A DNA stretch of 64,000 nucleotides from NCBI GenBank assembly GCA_036643355.1, contig JAVXSC010000001.1:62205-126204 (forward strand), written 5' to 3'. The stretch's first letter is position 1; each line of letters begins with the position of its first letter. The translations under genes and the position numbers were made by a program. Below are positions 10,682 to 20,705 of this stretch, one piece after another. This stretch comes from Myroides sp. Lineage in GTDB: Bacteria > Bacteroidota > Bacteroidia > Flavobacteriales > Flavobacteriaceae. The notes below the pieces were generated by a model that saw only the letters and a list, made by a program, of their open reading frames with translations, did not search any database and had not been told where the DNA came from.

Positions 10682-10796
10682 TTAAAAGAATACTTATATT
10701 TGGTATAAACACAATACGATATAAAAAACATAAACATATGCATATCTTGCTATATGGGTATGAAATAGAGTAGAATGTTTCGCTTATATATAAGTT
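10682..10796 (+). repeat. Promoter plus attI-like leader, copy 2
   Basis: Matches 113-225 in two blocks; ends in GTT at 10794-10796. Confidence 0.85.
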
Positions 10797-10821
10797 GTGT
10801 GCAAACTTTAAAAATAGAAAT

Positions 10822-11436
10822 ATGCCCAAATTAGAAAGGAATTTAATTATTGAAAGATGTCCTCATTGTAATGTTGATAAACCAAATTTAATCATCGCAG
10901 CTCAATTTGAAACTAATTCATTCAATAATTCGAATGTTAGACATTGGAAAGCTTATTCTTGCCAAAGATGCGGCGGAGTGACTACAGCTTGGGCATACCC
11001 TGCTAACATGGAAATTCGTGAAATGTTTCCTAAATCTTTGAAAGTGGATGAATCTATTCCAGGTAGAGCAAAAGAATATTTAAATCAAGCAATTGATAGT
11101 AAACACGCACCAGCAGGTTCAATAATGCTTTCAGCAAGTTCTGTTGATTCAATGCTTAAAGAGAAAGGATACAAAGTCGGAAATCTTTACTCTAGAATTA
11201 ATAAAGCTGTGGATGATCATTTAATAACTAAAGAAATGGCTGAATGGGCACATGACGTAAGATTAGATGCAAATGATCAAAGACATGCAGATGAAGATGC
11301 TGAATTACCTAATGAAGATGACGCACAAAGAATAATCGATTTTACTTTAGCTTTAGCACAATTTTTATTCGTTATGCCTTCAAGAGTTCAAAATGGAATT
11401 AATCAAGCAAAAATTGTAAACGAAACTAAACAATAA
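10822..11436 (+). CDS. Zn-ribbon plus DUF4145 (HEPN-like) protein
   Basis: CPHC...CQRC; C-terminal LYSRI..A...HLIT..MAEWAHDVRLDANDQRH. ATG at 10822 preferred over the TTG that overlaps the GTT core. Confidence 0.8.
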   Translation: MPKLERNLIIERCPHCNVDKPNLIIAAQFETNSFNNSNVRHWKAYSCQRCGGVTTAWAYPANMEIREMFPKSLKVDESIPGRAKEYLNQAIDSKHAPAGSIMLSASSVDSMLKEKGYKVGNLYSRINKAVDDHLITKEMAEWAHDVRLDANDQRHADEDAELPNEDDAQRIIDFTLALAQFLFVMPSRVQNGINQAKIVNETKQ

Positions 11437-11445
11437 GTCAGCACA

Positions 11446-11621
11446 TAATAACTAAGCTTTAGCTTCGCTCTGTTCGGGCAGAGCCCTCGGGTCGTCTTGT
11501 CTGGAAGACAAGAGATGAAAGCCCGTTGAACGGAACCGGAGTAGCTTATTACGTATTATGGAGTTTTCGAAGTGTAGCTTTAAGATATACTAACAGTAAT
11601 TTTACGATTACTGCTTTTTTT
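11446..11621 (+). repeat. 176-bp structured trailer repeat, copy 2
   Basis: 170/176 identical to 10438-10613. Confidence 0.92.
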
Positions 11622-11782
11622 ATGGTTAATTTAGCATTTTTTGTTTGTCTAAACCATTGATTATAGGCATAAAACCTTGAATTATGAATACCTAATGAAT
11701 TTATGAAATATTAACTAAATTTGAAAGGAGTTTGTGTACTTTTTTCACAGACTGACGTTGTGCGTAATTTTACCTAATAGAA

Positions 11783-12616
11783 ATGTCAGATTTAATAAAA
11801 ATTGAAAAACTTAAACTAGAGAAGCTATTTGATATGAGTGGTGGTTACGTTTTAGACTTTTCAAATAGAACATTTTCGGACTTCGTATATGAATCAATTA
11901 ATATTGAAGCTTATTCAGATCAATATTCTGATTTAGGTGAATCTAAAGCACATAGATTACGAACGATATGGAATAAAGAATCTAATTTTAAGGTAGGCAA
12001 GTTATTAACTGATATGGTTTCACATTGGAAAGAATCTAAAATATTATCACTAACTGAGATTTCAAATTCTGAACAAGTTTTACATGAAGAATGTGTAAAA
12101 ATTGCTTACCGACTTTCTCAGGATATTATTGTTGATGAGATTGAAGTTATTAAAGAAGTTGGTAATGATAAGGATATTAATTTACTTGCTAAATCAATAC
12201 GAGAAAGTATAGAAAAAAATGAACCAGAAGTTGCTTTAGACAGATTACATACATACGTTATGAAATTTCTAAGAAGATTATGCGAAAATCATAAAATAGA
12301 AGTCAAAAGCGATGAATCGTTAAATGCAATTTTTGGTAAATATGTAAAGTTTATTACCAATAATAATTTAATTGAATCTAAGATGTCTGAACTAATTTTG
12401 AAGTATTCAATAAATGTTATTGAGGCTTTTAATGATGTAAGAAATAATAGAAGTTTTGCACACGACAACAAAATACTAAATTATGATGAAAGTATTCTTA
12501 TATTCAATAATGTAACAAACTCTCTTAAGTTTATTGAATCCATTGAAAATAAACTAGAACAAGAAACTAAATTGAAACAAACTGAATCTCCTAATTGGGG
12601 AAGCTTACCTTACTAA
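11783..12616 (+). CDS. Abortive infection family protein (Abi_C/HEPN C-terminus)
   Basis: N-terminal GGYVLDFSNRTF..SKA.RLR domain; C-terminal FNDVRNNRSFAHDN R-x-H motif. Confidence 0.78.
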   Translation: MSDLIKIEKLKLEKLFDMSGGYVLDFSNRTFSDFVYESINIEAYSDQYSDLGESKAHRLRTIWNKESNFKVGKLLTDMVSHWKESKILSLTEISNSEQVLHEECVKIAYRLSQDIIVDEIEVIKEVGNDKDINLLAKSIRESIEKNEPEVALDRLHTYVMKFLRRLCENHKIEVKSDESLNAIFGKYVKFITNNNLIESKMSELILKYSINVIEAFNDVRNNRSFAHDNKILNYDESILIFNNVTNSLKFIESIENKLEQETKLKQTESPNWGSLPY

Positions 12617-13008
12617 AACTAACTGCACATAGGATAGATATTAAAGGAGAATCTATGCGCAAAAAATTAAAAAATAATTACTAAATTTATACCCAGATGA
12701 ATCGATTTTGAGCACCTACTTTACTATGCTCACTTTCATCCGCTGCGAATGGTTCACTTTATCCGTTCTATCCAGCATCCTTCTAATTGCTATTGTTGTG
12801 ATTCGGCATCGATCAGCAAAGAAAAAATATGAGCACCCAGACTATCTTCAGCATCTTGAAACAGACTGATAAAAAAATTTCATTTTAAGACCGAGGCTTA
12901 AACCGAATATTACATTTTTAAAGTTAACGCTACTGTACTACTTTCTACAAAGCTGTTTTACAATTACATATACTTTTTGTAACTTCATAAAAATTAAAAT
13001 TGCGTATT

Positions 13009-13368
13009 ATGAAAAAATCAGTTTTATTACCAGCAATGTTATTCGCAGCATCGGTTATGCTATGGTCTTGCGATAACAAAAAAGCAAAAGACAAAGACGG
13101 TGGAACAGCCGAAATTGAGAACACAGACCTAGTAGCAAGCGGAACCTACACGGGAACTGCAAAGGAAGTTGACCCCGAAGAACAGGAAATTTATGTGGAG
13201 ACTGCGGATGGAAAAATTTTGGAACTTTACTTTAACGAAACTACCAAAGTTACAAAAGGCGGAACCGATGTTCCTTTTGGTGAACTTAAAAAAGGGAATA
13301 GTTTGGAAGTAACCGTAGAGAACAACGGCAACAGTTTAAAACCTATTGAAGTTAAGATTCTGGATTAA
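13009..13368 (+). CDS. Hypothetical lipoprotein
   Basis: MKK, hydrophobic stretch, LWSC lipobox. Confidence 0.8.
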   Translation: MKKSVLLPAMLFAASVMLWSCDNKKAKDKDGGTAEIENTDLVASGTYTGTAKEVDPEEQEIYVETADGKILELYFNETTKVTKGGTDVPFGELKKGNSLEVTVENNGNSLKPIEVKILD

Positions 13369-13408
13369 CGCAGTTTCTTAATAAAATTATTAATTCAACA
13401 TTAAAAAT

Positions 13409-13446
13409 AACAACCCCTTATGAGTATATACTCACAAGGGGTTGTT
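13409..13446. terminator. Bidirectional terminator between convergent genes
   Basis: AACAACCCCTT..GAG/CTC..AAGGGGTTGTT inverted repeat. Confidence 0.75.
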
Positions 13447-13508
13447 TATTTATGTAAGGTGCAAATAGGCAATAATGCTTTGACCCGTGTTAGTTGATCA
13501 TGGTTTAA

Positions 13509-14180
13509 TTAGTTGCCTATTGCAGTTGTATACCTACTGCTAACTGTTTCCCAATTAACAACTGTCCACAACGCAGTAAGATAATCAGCTCTTTTATTTT
13601 GGTATTTTAAATAATAGGCATGTTCCCATACATCAATTCCAAAAACAGGGATTCCTTTTACTTCAGCTACATCCATTAAAGGATTATCCTGATTAGGAGT
13701 AGAGGTTATAACCAATTTTTTTTCGGGAGTAACAACTAGCCATGCCCATCCCGAACCAAATCTTCCACCAGCCTCTTTATTGAGCGCTTCTTTAAATGCT
13801 TCCATACTACCAAAAGCATCGTTTATTGCTTTTGACAGCTCTTGCGAAGGCTGCGTGTTCTTTTTAGGGGTAAGAACACTCCAGAACAGTTCATGATTGT
13901 AATGACCCCCTGCATTATTTCTAACAGCAGCACTGTGCTCTGAAATATTTGCCAGAATATTTTCCAGTTGTTCTTTTTCTAAAGCCGTACCCGCAACAGC
14001 CTTATTAAGGTTGTTTACATACCCAGCCGCATGCTTTGAATAATGAAGTTCCATTGTTTGTGCATCAACAACATTTTCAAATGCATTGTAGGCATATGGA
14101 AGAGCAGCCTGTTTAAATTGTGCAGATATTGTCTGCGTAAATGCAATCCCTAAGACTGCCATTGTGATGATTGTTTTCAT
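13509..14180 (-). CDS. Fe/Mn superoxide dismutase with signal peptide (Mn-type signature)
   Basis: HYSKH, NNAGGHYNH, FGSGWAWL, NQD, DVWEHAYY. Confidence 0.93.
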   Translation of the reverse strand: MKTIITMAVLGIAFTQTISAQFKQAALPYAYNAFENVVDAQTMELHYSKHAAGYVNNLNKAVAGTALEKEQLENILANISEHSAAVRNNAGGHYNHELFWSVLTPKKNTQPSQELSKAINDAFGSMEAFKEALNKEAGGRFGSGWAWLVVTPEKKLVITSTPNQDNPLMDVAEVKGIPVFGIDVWEHAYYLKYQNKRADYLTALWTVVNWETVSSRYTTAIGN

Positions 14181-14244
14181 TGATAATTTAGGTTTTAATT
14201 TAATTTTTACTGAGTTAAAAAGCTTGTTATGATTTTTCTTTTGA

Positions 14245-15138
14245 TTAGTAAGGCTTGCTTTTTTCTTTAAATGGTTCTACGTGAATAAGCACATGTCCTA
14301 AGTTAGGTATATGATGCCTTAAATAATCTTTCAGGCGATGTGCCGTATCATGCCCTTCGGTCACTGTAAGCTTGCCACTTACCATCGCGTGCAGATCAAC
14401 GTGGTATTTAGATCCTGACTTTCTAACAAAACACTTTTCCGTTCCTTCAATTCCATCTACTTCTACAGACTTCATTTTTATCTCATTTATCAGATCCTGA
14501 TAAACATTTTCATCCATGATTTCTCCAAAAGCTGGTCGGAAAATAAGATAACAGTTGTAAAGAATGAATCCCGAAGCTAACAAGGCAGCAAAGTCATCGG
14601 CACTTTCATATCCTTTTCCAAGCAGCAACGCGATAGAAATTCCAAGAAATGCTGCAACAGATGTTATCGCGTCACTGCGATGATGCCATGCATCGGCTTT
14701 TAATGAAGAACTGTTTGTTTCCCTGCTTTTCTTGATCACAAATCTATAGGATGCTTCCTTCCAAATGATAATTGCTCCCAATACAAACAATGTCCAAGGC
14801 TTAGGAAGTTGATGCGGTGTACCGATATTCTGTATACTTTCGTACGCAATTATGGTTGCAGATATTATTAGGAAGCCTACTACCGCAAAAGTGACGAGAG
14901 GTTCGATTCTACCGTGACCGTACGGATGATTCTTATCAGCAGGTCGTTGTGCATACTTTAATCCGAATAATACCAGAAAAGAAGAGAATATATCTGCAGT
15001 TGATTCAATTGCATCTGCAATCAATGCATAAGAATTTCCAAAATAACCTGCCAGATATTTCAACAACGCCAGCAGAAAATTACCAATGATACTAAAATAG
15101 ATAGCTTTTGCAGCTTGTTTTTCCCTTGTTTCTTCCAT
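14245..15138 (-). CDS. Cation diffusion facilitator transporter
   Basis: S.ALIADA.ES, HPYGHGRIE, ADAWHHRSD, HVEP. Confidence 0.93.
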   Translation of the reverse strand: MEETREKQAAKAIYFSIIGNFLLALLKYLAGYFGNSYALIADAIESTADIFSSFLVLFGLKYAQRPADKNHPYGHGRIEPLVTFAVVGFLIISATIIAYESIQNIGTPHQLPKPWTLFVLGAIIIWKEASYRFVIKKSRETNSSSLKADAWHHRSDAITSVAAFLGISIALLLGKGYESADDFAALLASGFILYNCYLIFRPAFGEIMDENVYQDLINEIKMKSVEVDGIEGTEKCFVRKSGSKYHVDLHAMVSGKLTVTEGHDTAHRLKDYLRHHIPNLGHVLIHVEPFKEKSKPY

Positions 15139-15140
15139 AA

Positions 15141-16277
15141 TTACTCTTCGGTTTTGTTCTTAAGTGCCATAAGTAATGAATAGGCTCCTTTACCAATTAT
15201 ATTTTTATTTAGTAATGAGCTATGATTTTGTATAGAAACAAATCCTTCATTAGCAGTGCCTATTTCAACTTGCATCATACGGAACTTTCCTGCAGCTATC
15301 TGTTCAAAAACATAATTCTTGCCTTCAAAAGATACAACGGCATCTGCCGGTAAAGTAAAAGCATCAACATTATCCAGATCAATCAACGCATTAATATATA
15401 GTCCGTTTATTAATTCTGACTTATTTGCATTTATCAATTTGGCGATAACTTCTGTACTGCCGTCTTCTAAAATACTGTTGCCCTTGGTTATAATTTTCGC
15501 TTTTAGTTTGTTATCGGCATCGCCGTTTGTAAAAAGAGTTACATTTTGACCAATTGCTATTTTAGGCAGATCTTTTTCAAAAACCTTTACTTTTAAGATC
15601 AACCCCTGCGGATTTATCAACTCTACCAGCACGTCAGAAGGGGCTACGTATTTGCCTTTATTTACATTTACCCCGCTTACAACACCACTAAACGGAGCAA
15701 CGATATTTATACTTCTTTGAATTTTTCCTGCTGCTACTTTTGATGGATTTATGTTTAACAACCTTAGTTTTTCTTCCAATCCGTTTTTTATTGCCAGTAA
15801 AGATTTATACTCTGTTTCTGCCTGCTGCATTAGCTTATCGCTTGTAGATTTGGTCGTATTCAGTTCTTTTTGTCGATTATAATTTGGGGCTGCACTTAAT
15901 AATTGTGCCTGAGTAGTTAGATAATCCTGCTGAATCTGTATGAACTGATTGTCTTCGATAATTACAATTACATCGCCTTTCCTAACAAATTTACCAGGTA
16001 AAACACGAACCGATTTTACATGTCCGCCCAAAGCACTGGATATTGATACTTTAGAATCGGGATCAATATCAACCTTGCCGTTTAACTGCAACGTACCCGA
16101 AATCTGCTTTTTCTGCATCTTCACCGTACTAAGCTCAATTGTTTTGAGCTGTTCTTTTGTTAATATCAACTCATCCTTGGTAGCTTGAGATAACGCTTTT
16201 CCAGTTTCTTCTTTAACTGTTTCGTTTTTACATGACAGTACCAAAAAAGCACTTATTATTATAAATAGATATTTCAT
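15141..16277 (-). CDS. czcB: RND efflux periplasmic adaptor (CzcB-like lipoprotein)
   Basis: Lipobox LSC, MFP lipoyl and hairpin motifs, adjacent to CzcA. Confidence 0.88.
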   Translation of the reverse strand: MKYLFIIISAFLVLSCKNETVKEETGKALSQATKDELILTKEQLKTIELSTVKMQKKQISGTLQLNGKVDIDPDSKVSISSALGGHVKSVRVLPGKFVRKGDVIVIIEDNQFIQIQQDYLTTQAQLLSAAPNYNRQKELNTTKSTSDKLMQQAETEYKSLLAIKNGLEEKLRLLNINPSKVAAGKIQRSINIVAPFSGVVSGVNVNKGKYVAPSDVLVELINPQGLILKVKVFEKDLPKIAIGQNVTLFTNGDADNKLKAKIITKGNSILEDGSTEVIAKLINANKSELINGLYINALIDLDNVDAFTLPADAVVSFEGKNYVFEQIAAGKFRMMQVEIGTANEGFVSIQNHSSLLNKNIIGKGAYSLLMALKNKTEE

Positions 16278-16284
16278 TTAATTT

Positions 16285-19200
16285 TTATTTAGCGTAAAAA
16301 ATATAGTTCAACTGCGTAACCGCCTGGTTGTATTGATTTAGTGTTTCGAAATAATTACTTTGAATGGTAATTGCTTGATTATTTAGCATAATCCACTGTA
16401 AGTAATCTATTTCGCCGGCTGCAAACTGCTCTTCAGCCGTTTTAAATATTAATTCAGCGTTAGGGAGTTGCTTTTCTTTATAATCTTTCAGAATTTCTTT
16501 TTGCGTATAATAATTTTCTAAAGATTCCTGCAGTTTATTTTTAAAAAGCAACGTTTGATAAGCAAACTCGTTTTCTGCAATTTCTACTTTTTGTCTGCTT
16601 GCATTTACAACAGATTTTTGTGCTTTTGTAAAAATGGGAATACCAATTCCCAACTGAACAGAATTGAACATACCTTTATTAATATCCTGCATGGTTTGTG
16701 TATAATAGCCTACATTCAAATTAGGTAAAAACTTAGCTTTTTCTAATTTAACAGCGGCTTCGTTGCTTACTATCTGCTGTTTAAGCAACTGCAATTCAGG
16801 ATGATCTACGTTATTATCTGCAAGTAATTGTTCGCTGTTTATCTCACTGATAATTTCACCTTCCGGCTGATAAGGTTCAGTAGCATTTAATAATAGCTGA
16901 AATTTTAAAAGCGTGATGTCGTACACCGTTCTTAGTTCTTTCAGTTGGATTTTTATTTGTGAACGCTGCAAATCGGCCGATGCTTTTTCCATTACATTTG
17001 CTTCGCCATGTGTTAAGCGATTAGATGTTTTCTCTAAAAAATCGACAAAAAGACTGTCGACACGTTGTAATAACTGCTGTTTTTGGGTAAGAATCAATAA
17101 TCGGTAAAAAACTTCGGTCACTTCTTTTTCCAAATTAGCTGCCGTAATTTTTTCGTTGACCAAAGCTTCTTTCCATTGTTGGTTTAAAAAGTCTTTTTTT
17201 CGATTATAAACCGTAGGAAAAGAAATTTCCTGGCTAATGCCAATTTTGTAGTCATTTGATAAACTGTTGATCCTACCAAATTCGCCCGAGACAGCAGTTT
17301 GAGGAATGACTAAATAGCTTTCTTTTAATTTTTGCTGGTACTGCGTTTGCAATGTACTGTTTTTTACAACTAAACTGTTTTCATTAGCGATGGTTAAAGC
17401 TTGCTGTAACGTTACTTTTTGTTGTGCAAAACTTGACACACTACATAGCAAAAGAATTATTACAGCTAAAGATTTGGTCATTTTTTTCCTTTTTTTAGGT
17501 CTCGATATTTTTTCGAACAAAATATAAAGTATAGGTAGTACAAATAAGGTTAAAAAAGTTGCCAGCATTAAGCCGCCAATTACCACGGTTGCCAGCGGAC
17601 GCTGTACTTCGGCACCAGAACCCGTGCTTATAGCCATAGGTAAAAAGCCTAACGACGCAACAAAAGCCGTCATTAATACAGGGCGCAGCCTTACTTTTGT
17701 TCCCAACAGCACTATACGTGTTGTATTGGCAATTCCGCTGTCTTTTAACCTGTTAAATTCGGCAATCAGCACAATACCGTTTAGTACTGCCACACCAAAT
17801 AATGCAATAAAACCAACACCTGCACTTATACTGAACGGCATGCCGCGCAATGCCAAGAAATATACACCGCCAATTGCCGATAACGGAATAGCCGTGTAAA
17901 TTAACAGACTGTATTTTACCGACCTGAAGGCAAAGTACAACAACAGAAAAATTAATGCCAGCGATACCGGTACAGCAATTCCCAAACGAGCTTTTGCCTG
18001 ATTTAGATTTTCAAACGCTCCACCATATGAAATGGTATAGCCTGTTGGCAATTTAATTTCGGCATCTACTTTACTTTGCAGTTCTTCTACAATACTTTGT
18101 ACATCACGGTTTCGTACATTAAAACCTACCACTATTCGGCGTTTTGTATCTTCTCTCTGTATTTGGTTGGGGCTGTTTTTTAATTCAACCTTGGCAAGTT
18201 GCGCCAACGGTATCTGTGTTCCATTGTTCGTGGGAATCAATATATTTCTGATGTCATCGATATTTTTTCTCTTGGCATCATCCAATCGAACAACCAGATT
18301 AAACCTGCGTTCGCCTTCGAATACCATTCCTGTACTTTGACCGGCTAATGCTGTATTTATAATACGGTTAACATCGGCAATATCTAGATTGTAGCGGGCA
18401 ATTGCGTTGCGATCCATCTCTATGACAACCTGCGGCATTCCGCTTACCGGCTCTATATACAGATCTTGTGCACCTTGAACGGTTTGAATGATCGCTCCAA
18501 GCTTTTGAGCATTTAATGCCAGCGAATCTAAATCTTCTCCAAATATCTTACAAACAACATCCTGGCGTGCACCGGTCATTAACTCGTTAAAACGCATCTG
18601 TACCGGAAATTGAAAGCCCGCCGTTAGCCCGGGAATGGTATGGATTGCCTTGCTCATCTTCTCTGATAGCTCAGGAAATGTATTAGCCGATGTCCATTCT
18701 TTCTTGGGTTTTAATACAATAATCATATCGCCGGCATCCATAGGCATTGGTTCGGTAGGTATTTCGGCACTTCCTATTTTTGTTACCACTTTTTCAACTT
18801 CGGGAAACTGATCTTTAAGTATTTTTGCCGCCTTACTGGTATATTCAATGGTAGTATTAATGTTGCTTCCGGGTAAAATACGCGCCTCTACCGCAAAATC
18901 GCCTTCTTCTAAAGATGGGATAAACTCGCCCCCCATTCCAGATAATACTACAACCGCACCCACAAACAATGCCCCTACTACCCCTAATATCAACTTTGGA
19001 ATGCGAAGCGCTTTTATAAGATACTTTTGATGGAAGTTTTCTACCCTGCTCATAACCCTGTCTGAAAAGTTTGGTCGTTCTTTTTTCTTCTTGCTTAAAA
19101 TAAGCGAACTCATCATGGGAACATACGTTAGCGATAAAATAAAGGCACCAATTAAAGCAAAGGCAACTGTTTGCGCCATAGGCTTGAACATTTTACCTTC

Positions 19201-20616
19201 GATACCGCTTAATGTAAATATGGGCAGATACACTATTAAAATAATGATTTGACCAAAGACCGCACTATTAACCATTTTTGTTGCAGATGAAACTACCTGA
19301 TTGTCCATGTCAGCGTTGTTGAGGCGGTTATTTAACCCGAACTTTTTACGATGCGCCAACTGATGCATGACGGCTTCGACAATAATAACGGCACCATCTA
19401 CAATCAAACCAAAATCTAAAGCTCCCAGACTCATAAGGTTACCACCCACGCCAAACATATTCATCATGATTATGGCAAACAGCATAGATAAAGGAATTAC
19501 AGATGCTACCAGAAAACCTGCACGGAAATTACCCAAAAAGACAACCAATACAAAAACCACAATCAGCGCACCTTCTGCCAGGTTTGTTTTAACGGTACTT
19601 ATGGTATTATCTACCATTTTTGCCCTATCTAAAAAGGGTTCTATTACCACACCTTCGGGTAGTGTTTTCTGAATTTCTGCCAGGCGTTCTTTTATATTCT
19701 GAACCACATCGTTACTGTTTGCCCCTTTAAGCATCATTACTATTGCACCTGAAACTTCGCCCTGATCATTATAAGTCATAGCACCATAACGTATAGCAAA
19801 ACCAATGTTTACTTTGGCAACATCGCGAACAAAAACAGGTGTTCCAGAATTTGACTGTTGAACCTTAATATTTTCGATATCCTGGATAGATCCTATTAAA
19901 CCTTCGCTGCGGATAAACAATACCGCCGGACCTTTTTCTATATAAGCCCCACCTGTATTTTGGTTGTTTTTTTCTAAAGCGTTAAAAACATCGTTTATTG
20001 TGAGGTTATGTGCCTGTAACTGTTGCGGATTTATCGATATTTCGTATTGTTTTAATTTTCCGCCAAAACTATTTACATCGGCAACACCTTTTACGCCCAG
20101 TAACTGTCGTCTTACAACCCAATCCTGTATGGTGCGTAATTCTGTTTCATCGTATTTATGTTCATAGCCTTCTTTAGCACGAACTACATACTGATAAATT
20201 TCTCCCAATCCGGTAGAAATCGGTCCCATTTCCGGTGCTCCAATACCATCTGGTATCTGGTCTTTTACCTGTTGTAAACGTTCGGCTACCTGTTGGCGCG
20301 CCCAGTATATATCGGTATCATCATCAAAGACAATGGTTACCAACGATAAACCGAAACGAGAAAAACTGCGTATTTCTTCAATACCGCTTATATTGCTGTT
20401 TGCCTGTTCTACCGGAAAAGTTATCAAGCGTTCTATATCCAGCGCACCAAAAGACGGGGCTACCGTAATAACCTGTACCTGATTGTTGGTAATATCGGGT
20501 TGTGCATCAATTGGTAGCTTTGTAGTTTCATAAGTACCAAAAAACACTAAGGCTAAGGTAAACAGCCCTATAATGAGTTTGTTCCGTACGGAAAACTCAA
20601 TTATTTTATTAAGCAT
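16285..20616 (-). CDS. czcA: CusA/CzcA heavy-metal RND transporter with fused C-terminal TolC-like domain
   Basis: DAQPDIT, GALDFGLIVDGAVIIVE, RLRPVLMTA, plus about 400-aa outer-membrane efflux-like tail. ATG at 20616 preferred. Confidence 0.93.
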   Translation of the reverse strand: MLNKIIEFSVRNKLIIGLFTLALVFFGTYETTKLPIDAQPDITNNQVQVITVAPSFGALDIERLITFPVEQANSNISGIEEIRSFSRFGLSLVTIVFDDDTDIYWARQQVAERLQQVKDQIPDGIGAPEMGPISTGLGEIYQYVVRAKEGYEHKYDETELRTIQDWVVRRQLLGVKGVADVNSFGGKLKQYEISINPQQLQAHNLTINDVFNALEKNNQNTGGAYIEKGPAVLFIRSEGLIGSIQDIENIKVQQSNSGTPVFVRDVAKVNIGFAIRYGAMTYNDQGEVSGAIVMMLKGANSNDVVQNIKERLAEIQKTLPEGVVIEPFLDRAKMVDNTISTVKTNLAEGALIVVFVLVVFLGNFRAGFLVASVIPLSMLFAIIMMNMFGVGGNLMSLGALDFGLIVDGAVIIVEAVMHQLAHRKKFGLNNRLNNADMDNQVVSSATKMVNSAVFGQIIILIVYLPIFTLSGIEGKMFKPMAQTVAFALIGAFILSLTYVPMMSSLILSKKKKERPNFSDRVMSRVENFHQKYLIKALRIPKLILGVVGALFVGAVVVLSGMGGEFIPSLEEGDFAVEARILPGSNINTTIEYTSKAAKILKDQFPEVEKVVTKIGSAEIPTEPMPMDAGDMIIVLKPKKEWTSANTFPELSEKMSKAIHTIPGLTAGFQFPVQMRFNELMTGARQDVVCKIFGEDLDSLALNAQKLGAIIQTVQGAQDLYIEPVSGMPQVVIEMDRNAIARYNLDIADVNRIINTALAGQSTGMVFEGERRFNLVVRLDDAKRKNIDDIRNILIPTNNGTQIPLAQLAKVELKNSPNQIQREDTKRRIVVGFNVRNRDVQSIVEELQSKVDAEIKLPTGYTISYGGAFENLNQAKARLGIAVPVSLALIFLLLYFAFRSVKYSLLIYTAIPLSAIGGVYFLALRGMPFSISAGVGFIALFGVAVLNGIVLIAEFNRLKDSGIANTTRIVLLGTKVRLRPVLMTAFVASLGFLPMAISTGSGAEVQRPLATVVIGGLMLATFLTLFVLPILYILFEKISRPKKRKKMTKSLAVIILLLCSVSSFAQQKVTLQQALTIANENSLVVKNSTLQTQYQQKLKESYLVIPQTAVSGEFGRINSLSNDYKIGISQEISFPTVYNRKKDFLNQQWKEALVNEKITAANLEKEVTEVFYRLLILTQKQQLLQRVDSLFVDFLEKTSNRLTHGEANVMEKASADLQRSQIKIQLKELRTVYDITLLKFQLLLNATEPYQPEGEIISEINSEQLLADNNVDHPELQLLKQQIVSNEAAVKLEKAKFLPNLNVGYYTQTMQDINKGMFNSVQLGIGIPIFTKAQKSVVNASRQKVEIAENEFAYQTLLFKNKLQESLENYYTQKEILKDYKEKQLPNAELIFKTAEEQFAAGEIDYLQWIMLNNQAITIQSNYFETLNQYNQAVTQLNYIFYAK

Positions 20617-20705
20617 TAAAATCTTATTTAAATTATTATTAATCAAAAACATATAGCATTACACCCTATCTTTTGGATAGGATACATACTTTCAATAAAA
20701 ATTGA

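Noticed and set aside
10795-10821. TTG-start N-terminal extension of the DUF4145 ORF
   Set aside because: It overlaps the GTT core; ATG at 10822 has the typical A-rich context.
10438-11621. 176-bp repeat as a CRISPR repeat or 6S RNA
   Set aside because: Too long and only two copies for CRISPR, with no cas genes. It has a TTGAAC-containing long stem, but duplication, lack of its own promoter and cassette context argue against 6S; an Rfam search is needed to exclude it fully.
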